DNA of 24,000 nucleotides from Methylomonas rhizoryzae (GTDB taxonomy: Bacteria; Pseudomonadota; Gammaproteobacteria; Methylococcales; Methylomonadaceae): the NCBI RefSeq assembly GCF_008632455.1, contig NZ_CP043929.1, positions 3,621,774-3,645,773 on the forward strand, in the 5' to 3' direction. Under the pieces are notes generated by a model. The model made no database searches, was not told the DNA's origin, and worked only from the letters and a program-made list of their open reading frames with translations. Position numbers and translations under genes: made by a program. Of the stretch, positions 1-8,049 are shown one piece after another; the first letter of the stretch is position 1; every line of letters starts with the position of its first letter.

Positions 1-3000
1 CGGTTTCCGCAGCGCTCAATATGGCATGCGCGGCGATAGGCGCTTGCGGCTGCGCGAGCAGTTGCGTCAGCAGGTTTTGAAACTGCCCGGCCAGACGTTG
101 GATGGTCTCGGCCTCGAACAAGTCGCAGGCATAGGTGAAAAAGCCGCCGAAGCTGTGCGAGCCGTGTTGCCAGGTGTCCAGGCTCAGGTCGAATTGGGCG
201 GCGCCGTTGTCCCGTTCCAGGCTGTCGATCTGCCAATCGCTGCCGGCTTGCAACAGGCTAAGGTCGGTTTGCTGGTGGTTGATCAGGATTTGGAACAAGG
301 GATTTTGCCCCAAGCGCCGTTCGGGTTGCAGGGCATCGACCAGTTGTTCGAACGGCAGGTCCGGATGGGCCTGGGCTTGCAATAGGCTGTGTTTAACCTG
401 TTGCAGCAGTTCGAGGAAGGTGGTCCGGCCGTTCAGGCGGCTGCGCAATACCACGGTGTTGACCAGGTAGCCGATCAGCCCCTGGGTTTCCGGGCGGTTG
501 CGGTTGGCCAGCGGCAGGCCGACGCGCAGGTCGGTTTGGCCGCTGATCCGGTACAGCCAGACGTTGAAGGCGGCCAGCAGCAGCATAAACGGGGTCGCGC
601 CTTGTTGTTTGGCCCGTTCGGCCAGTTGCCCACCCAGTGCTTCGGACAGGGCAAAGCCGACCCGGCCGCCACGCTGGCTGGGTTCGGCCGGCCGCGGCCG
701 GTCGTACGGCAGGACGATTTGCGGCTGTTCGCCGCCCAGCTGTTGCAGCCAGTAAGCCAGTTGCCGTTCGGCTTCGCCGGCTTCCAGCCAATGGCGCTGC
801 CAGCAGGCGAAATCGGCGTGGCGGATCGGCAAGGCCGGCAGTTGCGCAGGCCGGTCGGCGCCCAATCCAGCGTACAGTTCGGCGAATTCGGCCAAGAGCC
901 GGTTCAACGACCAGCCGTCGGCAATCAGATGATGCAGGGTCAAATTCAGTTCGTAGCGGCTGTGCCGACCGGCGTCCGCCAGCTTGACCAGCAGCAGCCG
1001 CCACAACGGGCCGTTCACCAGATCGAACGGCGCCCGCGCCGCCTGTTCGGCCAGTTGCCCGGCTTGCGCCTGCGCCTCGGCCGGCGGCCAAGCGCTCAGG
1101 TCGCGGTAATCCCAGGCGGGGAGCAACCCGGACACGAGACGCTGGCGCGGCTGGCCGTCCCGGGCGTAAAACACGCTGCGCAAGGCGTCGTGGCGCTCGG
1201 CCAGGGCGGCGAAGGCCTGCCGCACTCGCTCGGGCGCCACGTCCCCGGTGATACGCACCCCGCCGGCTATGTGGTAGGCCGCGTTGGACGGGTCCAGTTG
1301 CGCCAAAAACCACAGGCTTTGCTGGCCGCAGGACAGCAACAAGCCGTCGCTTTGCCTCGAATGGTTGATAGGCGATTCAGTCCGGGCCGCATCTACCGAC
1401 AGGCTATCCAAAGCCGCACAGAATTCGCGCAAGCTAGGCCATTCGAAAAACCAGTGTGGCTCGACCCGTACGCCGAATTGCGCGTTCAGGTGGGCAATCG
1501 CTTGCATGAGCGCGATAGACTGGCCGCCGAGCGCAAAGAAATTGTGTTGAGCGCCCACCGCATCAACCCCCAGCACCTCGGCCCAAATGGCGGCGACTTG
1601 CCGCTCCAACGGCGTCAATTCGTCGTCGGCGTTCGGAAGCGTTTGCTCCCCGCTCCGCCACGAAGCATAAGCGTCCAGACTGCCGTCCAGCCAGCCCTGC
1701 CTGCAAGCGCTACGTTGCAATTTGCCGCTGCTGGTTTTAGGGAGCGCACCCGGATTCAACAACAGAATGACGGCCGCCGGCTGCTGACAACACAACGCCA
1801 GTTGTTGGTTAACGGCTTCGATCAGGCTTTCCGCCGGCACCCGCTTTTGCGTGCTGCGGCCGATTTCCGCCGCCACGCCTATGCCTTCGCAGCCGTCTAT
1901 GTTGACCGCAAACGCCGCCACCCGGCCTTGGCGCAGTCCCGCCACCCCATGTTCCAGCGCCAATTCCAGGTCTTGCGGGTAGAGATTTTGGCCGCGAATC
2001 ACGATCAAATCCTTGCAACGCCCGGTGACGTGCAGTCGACCATCTGCCAAAAACCCCAGATCGCCGGTGCGCAGCCAGATTTCGCCGTGCCGCCTGACGA
2101 AAGTTTCCGCCGTTGCCTGCGGATTTTGCCAGTAACCGTGCGTGATGCTCGGCCCTCTCACCCAAATTTCGCCGACCCGGCCGGCCGGCAAAGACTGGCG
2201 GTTATCCGGGTGTATAACGGCTATGCCGTGTTCCGGCTGCGCATGGCCGCAGTCGACCACGGCGTTGGAACCGACGGCAAGCTCCGCCCGGAGTTCGGCC
2301 GGGGCGTGCGCCGCGCGCACCCCTTCTCCCGGCAGCCCGCCGCTGACCAACAGCGATGCTTCCGCCAAGCCGTAGCACGGGTAGAGCGCGCCGGCCGGAA
2401 GACCGGCGGCGGCAAATTTGCCGGCGAAACCGTGCAAGGTGTCCAAGCGTATCGGTTCGGCGCCGCAAAAAGCCAAACGCCAACTATCCAGGCGCAAACC
2501 GGCCAGTTGCGCCTCGCCGATACGCTCGTTGCACAAGCGGTAGGCGAAGTCCGGCCCGCCGCTGACCGTGCCGCCGAACCGCGACAGCGCTTGCAGCCAA
2601 CGTAGCGGCCGTTCCAGAAAATGCCGCGGCGACATCAGCACCAGCGGAATGCCGCTATACAACGGCTGCAGCAAACTGCCGACCAATCCCATGTCGTGGT
2701 ACAAAGGCAACCAGCTGACGAACACGTCGTCGCCGCTGATCCGAAAGCCGTGTTTGATCGCCCGCTGGTTGGCCAACAGGTTGTCGTGACCGACCATCAC
2801 GCCTTTGGGGCTGGCGGTGGAACCGGAGGTATATTGCAAAAATGCCAAGCTATCGGCCGCCAACACCGGCATGCGCCAGTGTTCCGCCCACTCGGTTTCG
2901 ATGGCGTCTACCGCTATCGCGGCGATAGGTTCGCCGCCGCTCAGTGCGTCCAAGACCGGCGCCAACCCCGCCTGCAACGAAGCATTGCTCAGCACGACGC

Positions 3001-3352
3001 GCGGCCCGGCGTCGCGCACGATGGCGGCAACGCGCGCTAGATGCTGCGGGGTTTGCGATTCCGGCGGATAGGCCGGCACGGCGATGACGCCGGCGTACAA
3101 GCAGCCGAACAAGGCACTGACGTAGTCGATGCCGGTGTGCAACAAAATCAGCGCCCGGTCTCCCGGAACGCATCGGCTTTGTAGATAGCCGGCCACGGCG
3201 CGGGCGCGCCGGTCCAAGTCGGCAAAGCTGTAATCGGTAACGGCGCCGTCGCCGTCTGCGATGCAATGTAGCGCCGGACGCTCCGGATGGCGCTCGGCAC
3301 GCTGCTGCATTAAATCGACGAAATGGCGGGCTTGGGCGGGATTGAAACTCAT
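1..3352 (-). CDS. Non-ribosomal peptide synthetase, initiation module (fatty acyl-AMP ligase - carrier domain - condensation domain); 3' end runs off the window
   Basis: Not in the ORF track (no stop inside the window). Hand translation of the minus strand from ATG 3352..3350 stays open for 1117 codons to position 1: MSFNPAQARHFVDLMQQRAERHPERPALH... Adenylate-forming motifs of the FAAL/PvdL-N-terminus type: FLQYTSGSTASPKG (nt 2801-2842), SWLPLYHDMGL, GPDFAYRLC, YGLAEAS, LRTGDLGF, PKTSSGKLQR (nt 1712-1741). Carrier motif FFALGGQSI has its Ser codon at 1517-1519. Condensation motif HHLIADG is at 914-934. The start lies 8 nt after the stop of the upstream dioxygenase gene. Confidence 0.9.
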   Translation of the reverse strand, partial: MSFNPAQARHFVDLMQQRAERHPERPALHCIADGDGAVTDYSFADLDRRARAVAGYLQSRCVPGDRALILLHTGIDYVSALFGCLYAGVIAVPAYPPESQTPQHLARVAAIVRDAGPRVVLSNASLQAGLAPVLDALSGGEPIAAIAVDAIETEWAEHWRMPVLAADSLAFLQYTSGSTASPKGVMVGHDNLLANQRAIKHGFRISGDDVFVSWLPLYHDMGLVGSLLQPLYSGIPLVLMSPRHFLERPLRWLQALSRFGGTVSGGPDFAYRLCNERIGEAQLAGLRLDSWRLAFCGAEPIRLDTLHGFAGKFAAAGLPAGALYPCYGLAEASLLVSGGLPGEGVRAAHAPAELRAELAVGSNAVVDCGHAQPEHGIAVIHPDNRQSLPAGRVGEIWVRGPSITHGYWQNPQATAETFVRRHGEIWLRTGDLGFLADGRLHVTGRCKDLIVIRGQNLYPQDLELALEHGVAGLRQGRVAAFAVNIDGCEGIGVAAEIGRSTQKRVPAESLIEAVNQQLALCCQQPAAVILLLNPGALPKTSSGKLQRSACRQGWLDGSLDAYASWRSGEQTLPNADDELTPLERQVAAIWAEVLGVDAVGAQHNFFALGGQSIALMQAIAHLNAQFGVRVEPHWFFEWPSLREFCAALDSLSVDAARTESPINHSRQSDGLLLSCGQQSLWFLAQLDPSNAAYHIAGGVRITGDVAPERVRQAFAALAERHDALRSVFYARDGQPRQRLVSGLLPAWDYRDLSAWPPAEAQAQAGQLAEQAARAPFDLVNGPLWRLLLVKLADAGRHSRYELNLTLHHLIADGWSLNRLLAEFAELYAGLGADRPAQLPALPIRHADFACWQRHWLEAGEAERQLAYWLQQLGGEQPQIVLPYDRPRPAEPSQRGGRVGFALSEALGGQLAERAKQQGATPFMLLLAAFNVWLYRISGQTDLRVGLPLANRNRPETQGLIGYLVNTVVLRSRLNGRTTFLELLQQVKHSLLQAQAHPDLPFEQLVDALQPERRLGQNPLFQILINHQQTDLSLLQAGSDWQIDSLERDNGAAQFDLSLDTWQHGSHSFGGFFTYACDLFEAETIQRLAGQFQNLLTQLLAQPQAPIAAHAILSAAET

Positions 3353-3360
3353 AGCTTCGA

Positions 3361-4368
3361 TTATGCGGAAAAGGTTTGCGAATAAGGTTCGGCCATGGCG
3401 ACCACGACTTTACGCGGCCCGCGAAACGGGGCGCGGGCGTGGGCCGCCAGCATGTTGTCCAACATCATCACGTCGCCGGTTTGCCAGGGAAAACTGACGG
3501 TCAGCTCGTCCAACACGCCGCGAATTTCCGCCAATACGCCGTCTTCTATCGGGCTGCCGTCGCCGTAATAGGCGTTGCGCGGCAATTCTTCCGGTTCTAG
3601 CACCGCCAGCAGCGCCTCGCGCACGTCCGCTTCCAGATTAGAGACGTGAAACAAATGCGCCTGGTTGAACCATACCCACTCGCCGGTTATCGGGTGGCGG
3701 GCGGTGGCCTGGCAGATTTGCCGGGTACGCAATTCGCCGTCCGCCAGCCATTCGCAGTCGATGACGTGCTCGCGGCAATAGCGCTCCACGACCGCCGGGT
3801 CGTCGCTGTTGAACACCTGGTTCCAAGGCACATCCAAGCCATTGCCGTAATTACGCACGTACATCAAGCCGTGCTTTTCGAAGCGGCGGCGGATGGCCGG
3901 ATCGATGCGACGGTAGATTTGCCGACTGTCGGCAATAGGCGTTTCCCCGCCCTGCTCGGCCACCAACTCGCTGTAAAACCAGATTTTCAGCGGCCATTCG
4001 CGGGTGTAAGCCTGTTCGTTGTGCAAGGGAATAGCTTGGTGGGGCGGGTATTCGGTCGAGGTGTATATACCGGCATCCACTCGGGTGCGCGGCGTGGAGC
4101 CGAATTCGTAACTCAACAGCGGGTGGCCGAAACCGGCGGCAAAGTCTTTGAATTGCGTAATACCGTCGACCGCGAAATCGCGGAACAATAAGCCGCCGCA
4201 TTCGAGCAGCCGCTGCTGCAACAACTCGCCGAACCGAGTGACCACATCTTGCAGCGCCACGCCCGGAATTTCCGGCCGTATAAGCAATGGCAGGAGGCCG
4301 CCCGACGATAAAGGCTCTATGTGCAATGCAACTGTGGCATTCGCTGCCGATGCGATACTCGTAATCAT
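3361..4368 (-). CDS. TauD/SyrP-like Fe(II)/2-oxoglutarate dioxygenase (NRPS-associated amino-acid beta-hydroxylase, e.g. Asp)
   Basis: 336-aa ORF in the track. HxE facial-triad motif AIPLHNEQAY (His codon about 4021-4023) and distal His in DNMLAAHARAPFRG. Overall resemblance to SyrP-type hydroxylases found in siderophore NRPS clusters. The track start at 4371 is TTG; the ATG at 4368 is more likely. Confidence 0.88.
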   Translation of the reverse strand: MITSIASAANATVALHIEPLSSGGLLPLLIRPEIPGVALQDVVTRFGELLQQRLLECGGLLFRDFAVDGITQFKDFAAGFGHPLLSYEFGSTPRTRVDAGIYTSTEYPPHQAIPLHNEQAYTREWPLKIWFYSELVAEQGGETPIADSRQIYRRIDPAIRRRFEKHGLMYVRNYGNGLDVPWNQVFNSDDPAVVERYCREHVIDCEWLADGELRTRQICQATARHPITGEWVWFNQAHLFHVSNLEADVREALLAVLEPEELPRNAYYGDGSPIEDGVLAEIRGVLDELTVSFPWQTGDVMMLDNMLAAHARAPFRGPRKVVVAMAEPYSQTFSA

Positions 4369-4447
4369 CAAAATTACCGTGATCTATGAATTGAAATTCG
4401 TGCGGAGCCAAGCCTGTCCGGCCGTTTCCCGTACTTCAAGACGCCGA

Positions 4448-4531
4448 GGTGTTTGCCCTGGGAAGCGCTTTCGCACCAGGTATAGAGGCAGGGGGAGAAT
4501 TCCTTTTCCATTGCCTCCCAGGACAAACACC
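4448..4531 (-). other. Long-range RNA stem in the intra-operon spacer between the thioesterase and dioxygenase genes
   Basis: Arms ggtgtttgccctggga (4448-4463) and tcccaggacaaacacc (4516-4531). There are 15 Watson-Crick pairs plus one position that is G-U in the minus-strand (sense) RNA but A-C in the plus-strand RNA. The loop is 52 nt. Confidence 0.4.
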
Positions 4532-4574
4532 GCGTCAGCCTGAATGACGCCGATTCGAGGGGCGCTATCGTCCG

Positions 4575-5321
4575 CTAGAGCGGGCCGCTCGCAGCCTGCG
4601 CAAGTTCGCCGCAACATGCGGCTGCCACGCGGTAAGGTTGTAACGTCTGTCCGAAAAAGCGCAAAAGCTCGGACTCGCAAGCGCGCAAAAAGAAATGGTC
4701 TCCGTCGAACATCTGCAACGAACAGCCGCCGCTGCTCTCTTCGCGCCAAGCCAGTAGCGCTTCCTTACTGATCGCATCGAGGCTGCCGCCCAGAACGTAC
4801 AGCGGCATAGCCAACGGCGGGCGCGTCTTTCTGCGGTAGCCGGCGCACAGCGCGAAATCGGCTTTGAGCACCGGCAACAACAAGGCCATCATCTCGGCGT
4901 TAGCCAGAATTTCGCTGTCTGTACCGTTTAAACGCTGCAACTCCCGGCGCAATTCGTTATCGGTTTGCAAATCGGCGTAACGCTCGGTTCGCCGGCACAG
5001 CGGTGCCTCGGCCGCTGACAATATCAACGCGCATGGCTGCGGCCCGCCGCATTCTTGTAAAACATGGGCCAACTCGAATGCAGCTAACGCGCCCAGGCTG
5101 TGGCCGAATAATGCGAACGGCGCCGAAATTGCCGGTATCAGAGTCGCGGACAGCTCGTCCAGCAAAGCCGGCCATTCGCGCTGCAAGTCTTGCTGCCAGC
5201 GCGCGCCGCGCCCCGGCATTTCCACCGGCACGGCCCGCAACCAGTCCGGCAGGCGCTGTTGCCAGCGCAAGTAAACGGCCGCGCTGGCACCGGCATAAGG
5301 CAGGCAAAAAAGCTGCATCAC
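4575..5321 (-). CDS. Type II thioesterase (NRPS editing thioesterase)
   Basis: 248-aa ORF. N-terminal LFCLPYAGASAAVY, nucleophile elbow GHSLGALAAFE, C-terminal GDHFF, all typical of GrsT/PvdG-type TEII. The first codon is GTG (5321); an ATG follows at 5318. It starts 5 nt after the mbtH-like stop. Confidence 0.9.
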   Translation of the reverse strand: MMQLFCLPYAGASAAVYLRWQQRLPDWLRAVPVEMPGRGARWQQDLQREWPALLDELSATLIPAISAPFALFGHSLGALAAFELAHVLQECGGPQPCALILSAAEAPLCRRTERYADLQTDNELRRELQRLNGTDSEILANAEMMALLLPVLKADFALCAGYRRKTRPPLAMPLYVLGGSLDAISKEALLAWREESSGGCSLQMFDGDHFFLRACESELLRFFGQTLQPYRVAAACCGELAQAASGPL

Positions 5322-5325
5322 CGGC

Positions 5326-5538
5326 TTAGCTCTCCTGACCTTCCATGAACTTGCGCAAGCTTAACGGTCGCATGTCGGTCCAAACCTGTTCGATGTACTC
5401 CAGGCAGTCCTTTTTTAGGCCCGATTTGCCGACCGTGCGCCAACCGTTGGGCACCGGCTTGTAGTCCGGCCATATCGAATATTGTTCTTCATGGTTGACC
5501 ACAACCTGAAACACGGTGTCTTCGCTATCGATGCTCAT
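5326..5538 (-). CDS. MbtH-like protein (adenylation-domain chaperone)
   Basis: 70 aa with the full MbtH signature: [10 protein letters not shown]...PNGW...L...WTDMRP. Confidence 0.95.
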   Translation of the reverse strand: MSIDSEDTVFQVVVNHEEQYSIWPDYKPVPNGWRTVGKSGLKKDCLEYIEQVWTDMRPLSLRKFMEGQES

Positions 5539-5545
5539 AAATTCG

Positions 5546-6517
5546 TCAAATACAAAATTGCTCGAAAAATACTTCCCGCGACAACAGCATCATCGCGGCA
5601 CGTTTATGCGGAAAATCGAATTCCTTCAGCTTGCAAAAGCCGGCTTGCTGCATGTAGCCGATCATCTTGGCGTTGTCGGCGCGCGGCTCGGCCACCACGT
5701 TGCGGGTACGCGGATCGTCCAGAAACATGAAATGCGCCAGAGAAGGCAACCAAGCAGCCACCCGCTGCGGGCCTCGCCAACGCTGTTCGCCGACCAGCAT
5801 GTGCACGCCGCGATCGTAATCGTCCGCCGGGTAGTAAGGCGCGATGCGGTCTTCCTTAGCCCAATAAATCTCGAAATAGCCGAAAGGCTGGCCGTCGAAA
5901 CAACCGAATACCGGCTGCATGTGCGGATCGTTAGTCACTTTGTCCAAGTATTCGCGGTGCATGGCTTGGCTGCCGGCCAATTCCCAAAACGCCGATACTC
6001 TAGGGTCGTTATGCCAAGCGTGGAAGGTATCCAAATCGGCATCCAGATCGACACTGCGAAACGACACCCGCAAGTCCTGCTCAGGCAAATAGCGTCGATA
6101 CAGTTCCCCGGCCGGCAACGGCGGGCGCAGCGGATGGCGCTTGCCGTCGCTGACGACGTAATGCAAAGGGAAAGGTTGTTGACGCAGCTGCGGTAAAAAA
6201 CTGTCGGAGAGTTGCCGCAACATGCTGCGCTTGACGGTGACCAGCTCTTCTTGTGAGCCGGCGATGGCGATTCCGCCGCTGATCAAAGCCGCCGCGATGC
6301 CGCGGGCTTGGATCCGCAACACGACTTCCCTGTTAGCCGGCCGCCGGTCGAACCAGGCTTGCAAGGCCGGCAATAACGCGGCCGGGCTACTGTCGCCGGC
6401 CGCTACAACGACGCTGCCGTCTGCGGTTTCGCACAGACTTGACTGAGGCTGCCGATCGCTATCGGCAGCGTACAAATCGATTTGCAGATTGTCGTAACAG
6501 GTTTGAGAGAGTGTCAT
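5546..6517 (-). CDS. IucB/AlcB-family N-hydroxy-amine acetyltransferase (siderophore hydroxamate formation)
   Basis: 323 aa, about IucB length. Motifs [61 protein letters not shown]. First gene behind a Fur-box promoter. Confidence 0.85.
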   Translation of the reverse strand: MTLSQTCYDNLQIDLYAADSDRQPQSSLCETADGSVVVAAGDSSPAALLPALQAWFDRRPANREVVLRIQARGIAAALISGGIAIAGSQEELVTVKRSMLRQLSDSFLPQLRQQPFPLHYVVSDGKRHPLRPPLPAGELYRRYLPEQDLRVSFRSVDLDADLDTFHAWHNDPRVSAFWELAGSQAMHREYLDKVTNDPHMQPVFGCFDGQPFGYFEIYWAKEDRIAPYYPADDYDRGVHMLVGEQRWRGPQRVAAWLPSLAHFMFLDDPRTRNVVAEPRADNAKMIGYMQQAGFCKLKEFDFPHKRAAMMLLSREVFFEQFCI

Positions 6518-6570
6518 AGCGCTGGTTACACCTTGGAAACAGTCAGGTTAGCGGATTAAAAAGTTATGCG

Positions 6571-6600
6571 AATAATAACGATTCTCATTTAATATGTCAA
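6571..6600 (-). promoter_or_regulatory. Sigma70-type promoter with overlapping Fur box (acetyltransferase-to-NRPS operon)
   Basis: The minus strand reads TTGACA (6600-6595), a 17-nt spacer, then TATTAT (6577-6572). The Fur-like box aaatgagaatcgttattatt (6590-6571) covers the spacer and -10 element. It lies about 55 nt upstream of the start at 6517. Confidence 0.7.
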
Positions 6601-6660
6601 CCAAACAATTGCTTTCCTCGTCGCGCCGCTCGCCCGTTACCCGCTTCATGCAGCTCGGCC

Positions 6661-7998
6661 CTATCCGACTTTATATATCTTCGCCGCCAGCCCGGAGGTT
6701 TCCGCTCCGGCATTTTCGGCAGCTTGCCCGCCGACCCAGCGCATCGGCGCCGGAAAAGGATCGACCTTGTAAACCGGCCTATCCAGCAAACTGTTGATGA
6801 TTACCGCGGAACGCCAAGCCGCCAAGCTTAGCTGGGCGTCGGCTACGCCGTGGCTGTTGCGGCCGGCGTTCAGCATGTAGATGCGATGCCGGGCCGGGCC
6901 GTCCCAAGGCAATCGATAGTCCTCGCTCAAACGCGGCAGCCCCTCCCGGTCCAAGTCCAATCGTTCCAGCAACGGGGCAAGACAATCCGGTAATTGGTAG
7001 CGGTAACCGGTCGCCAGCACGATGCGATCGACGGTTACCGACTCGTCGCTGCGATTGAAACCGTTGCGCATATGCAAGTGGTAAGCGCCTTTGTCTCGGC
7101 CGGCCAGATGCACTTCCCGATACGGCAAAATCGCATACGGCGTGGTGTCGCGATTCAAGAAATCGCCGTCGTACAAATATTGCGACAGGACTTGCAAGGT
7201 GGCCGGGGACACGCCGTCGCCGGTCAGCTTGTGCGAGGCGACAATCGGCAACTTGCGCGCTTCCGGCAAGGCATGAAACTGGCGCACGTAGTCCGGGGTG
7301 AAATATTCGTTGGTGAAGGCGGTTTCATCCAACGGTTCCAAATTAGGCCGGCGACTGATCCAGACGATCTCCTCGGCCTTGCCGCGGTTGCCGGCCATCA
7401 AATCCAGAAATATCTCCGCCCCGCTTTGCCCGCCGCCGATAATCGCCACCCGCTTGCCGGCTACCGAAAAGTCCGAACCGACGTATCCGTGACTATGCAG
7501 ACAATACTCGCCGACGTAGCGCTCTATCCAGGTGGGAAGGTGCGGGCGCATGCCGGTCGCTACCGCCAAGTGCCGAGCCGCAAGCTCTTTACCGCTTTCG
7601 CAGCGCAAGCGGAAACCGCCGTCGCTAAACCGGATGTGTTCGATGCCGTCGCCGAATTGCAAGCAGGGCAATTGCTCGGCAGCCCAGCGCAAATAATCGG
7701 CAAATTCCAGCCGCCGCACCCTGGGGTAATCGGCATTGACAAAACGGTAAAACCGGCCTTTTTGTACCAGATAGGCCAAAAAACTATAGGGATTGCTAGG
7801 GTCTATCGGGGTTACCAAGTCTTTTAAATACGAGGTCTGCATTTGCGTACCCGGCAGCATCATGCCGGGATGCCAGTTGAAACGCTCGCGGCGCTCGAAG
7901 AAGCGCGCCCGGCAGTCCGGCACTTTAGCCAGCAAGGCCGCCAAACTGAGATTAAAAGGCCCGACGCCGATACCGGCCAGATCAAGAATGTCGCTCAT
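6661..7998 (-). CDS. Lysine/ornithine (or diamine) N-hydroxylase, flavin-dependent (IucD/PvdA/AlcA family)
   Basis: 445 aa. GIGVGPFNLSLAALL (FAD fold), FNWHPGMMLPGTQMQTSYLKDLVTPIDPSNPYSFLAYL, GGGQSGAE (NADPH fold), LATGY, and C-terminal HGVADAQLSLAAWRSA. By recollection it aligns nearly end-to-end with E. coli IucD. Confidence 0.9.
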   Translation of the reverse strand: MSDILDLAGIGVGPFNLSLAALLAKVPDCRARFFERRERFNWHPGMMLPGTQMQTSYLKDLVTPIDPSNPYSFLAYLVQKGRFYRFVNADYPRVRRLEFADYLRWAAEQLPCLQFGDGIEHIRFSDGGFRLRCESGKELAARHLAVATGMRPHLPTWIERYVGEYCLHSHGYVGSDFSVAGKRVAIIGGGQSGAEIFLDLMAGNRGKAEEIVWISRRPNLEPLDETAFTNEYFTPDYVRQFHALPEARKLPIVASHKLTGDGVSPATLQVLSQYLYDGDFLNRDTTPYAILPYREVHLAGRDKGAYHLHMRNGFNRSDESVTVDRIVLATGYRYQLPDCLAPLLERLDLDREGLPRLSEDYRLPWDGPARHRIYMLNAGRNSHGVADAQLSLAAWRSAVIINSLLDRPVYKVDPFPAPMRWVGGQAAENAGAETSGLAAKIYKVG

Positions 7999-8049
7999 TG
8001 CTGTGTCCTAACTGAAGGGTGATTTGAAAAGTGGTAACGCATGCCGAGC

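Noticed and set aside
389-2605. 738-aa plus-strand ORF, the longest in the left 3 kb, plus off-frame minus ORFs such as 393..1313 and 2850..3266
   Set aside because: The translations are R/A/G/P/Q-rich low-complexity sequence with no motifs. The remaining minus frame gives an uninterrupted NRPS with canonical FAAL, carrier and condensation motifs. These are shadow ORFs of high-GC coding DNA.
6994-7827. 277-aa plus-strand ORF; similar cases at 3646..4191, 5516..6196, 9520..10167, 11447..11923, 18685..19206 and 19219..19812
   Set aside because: Each is antisense to a confidently identified gene (hydroxylase, dioxygenase, acetyltransferase, acylase, P-domain protein, TonB receptor). None has recognisable motifs.
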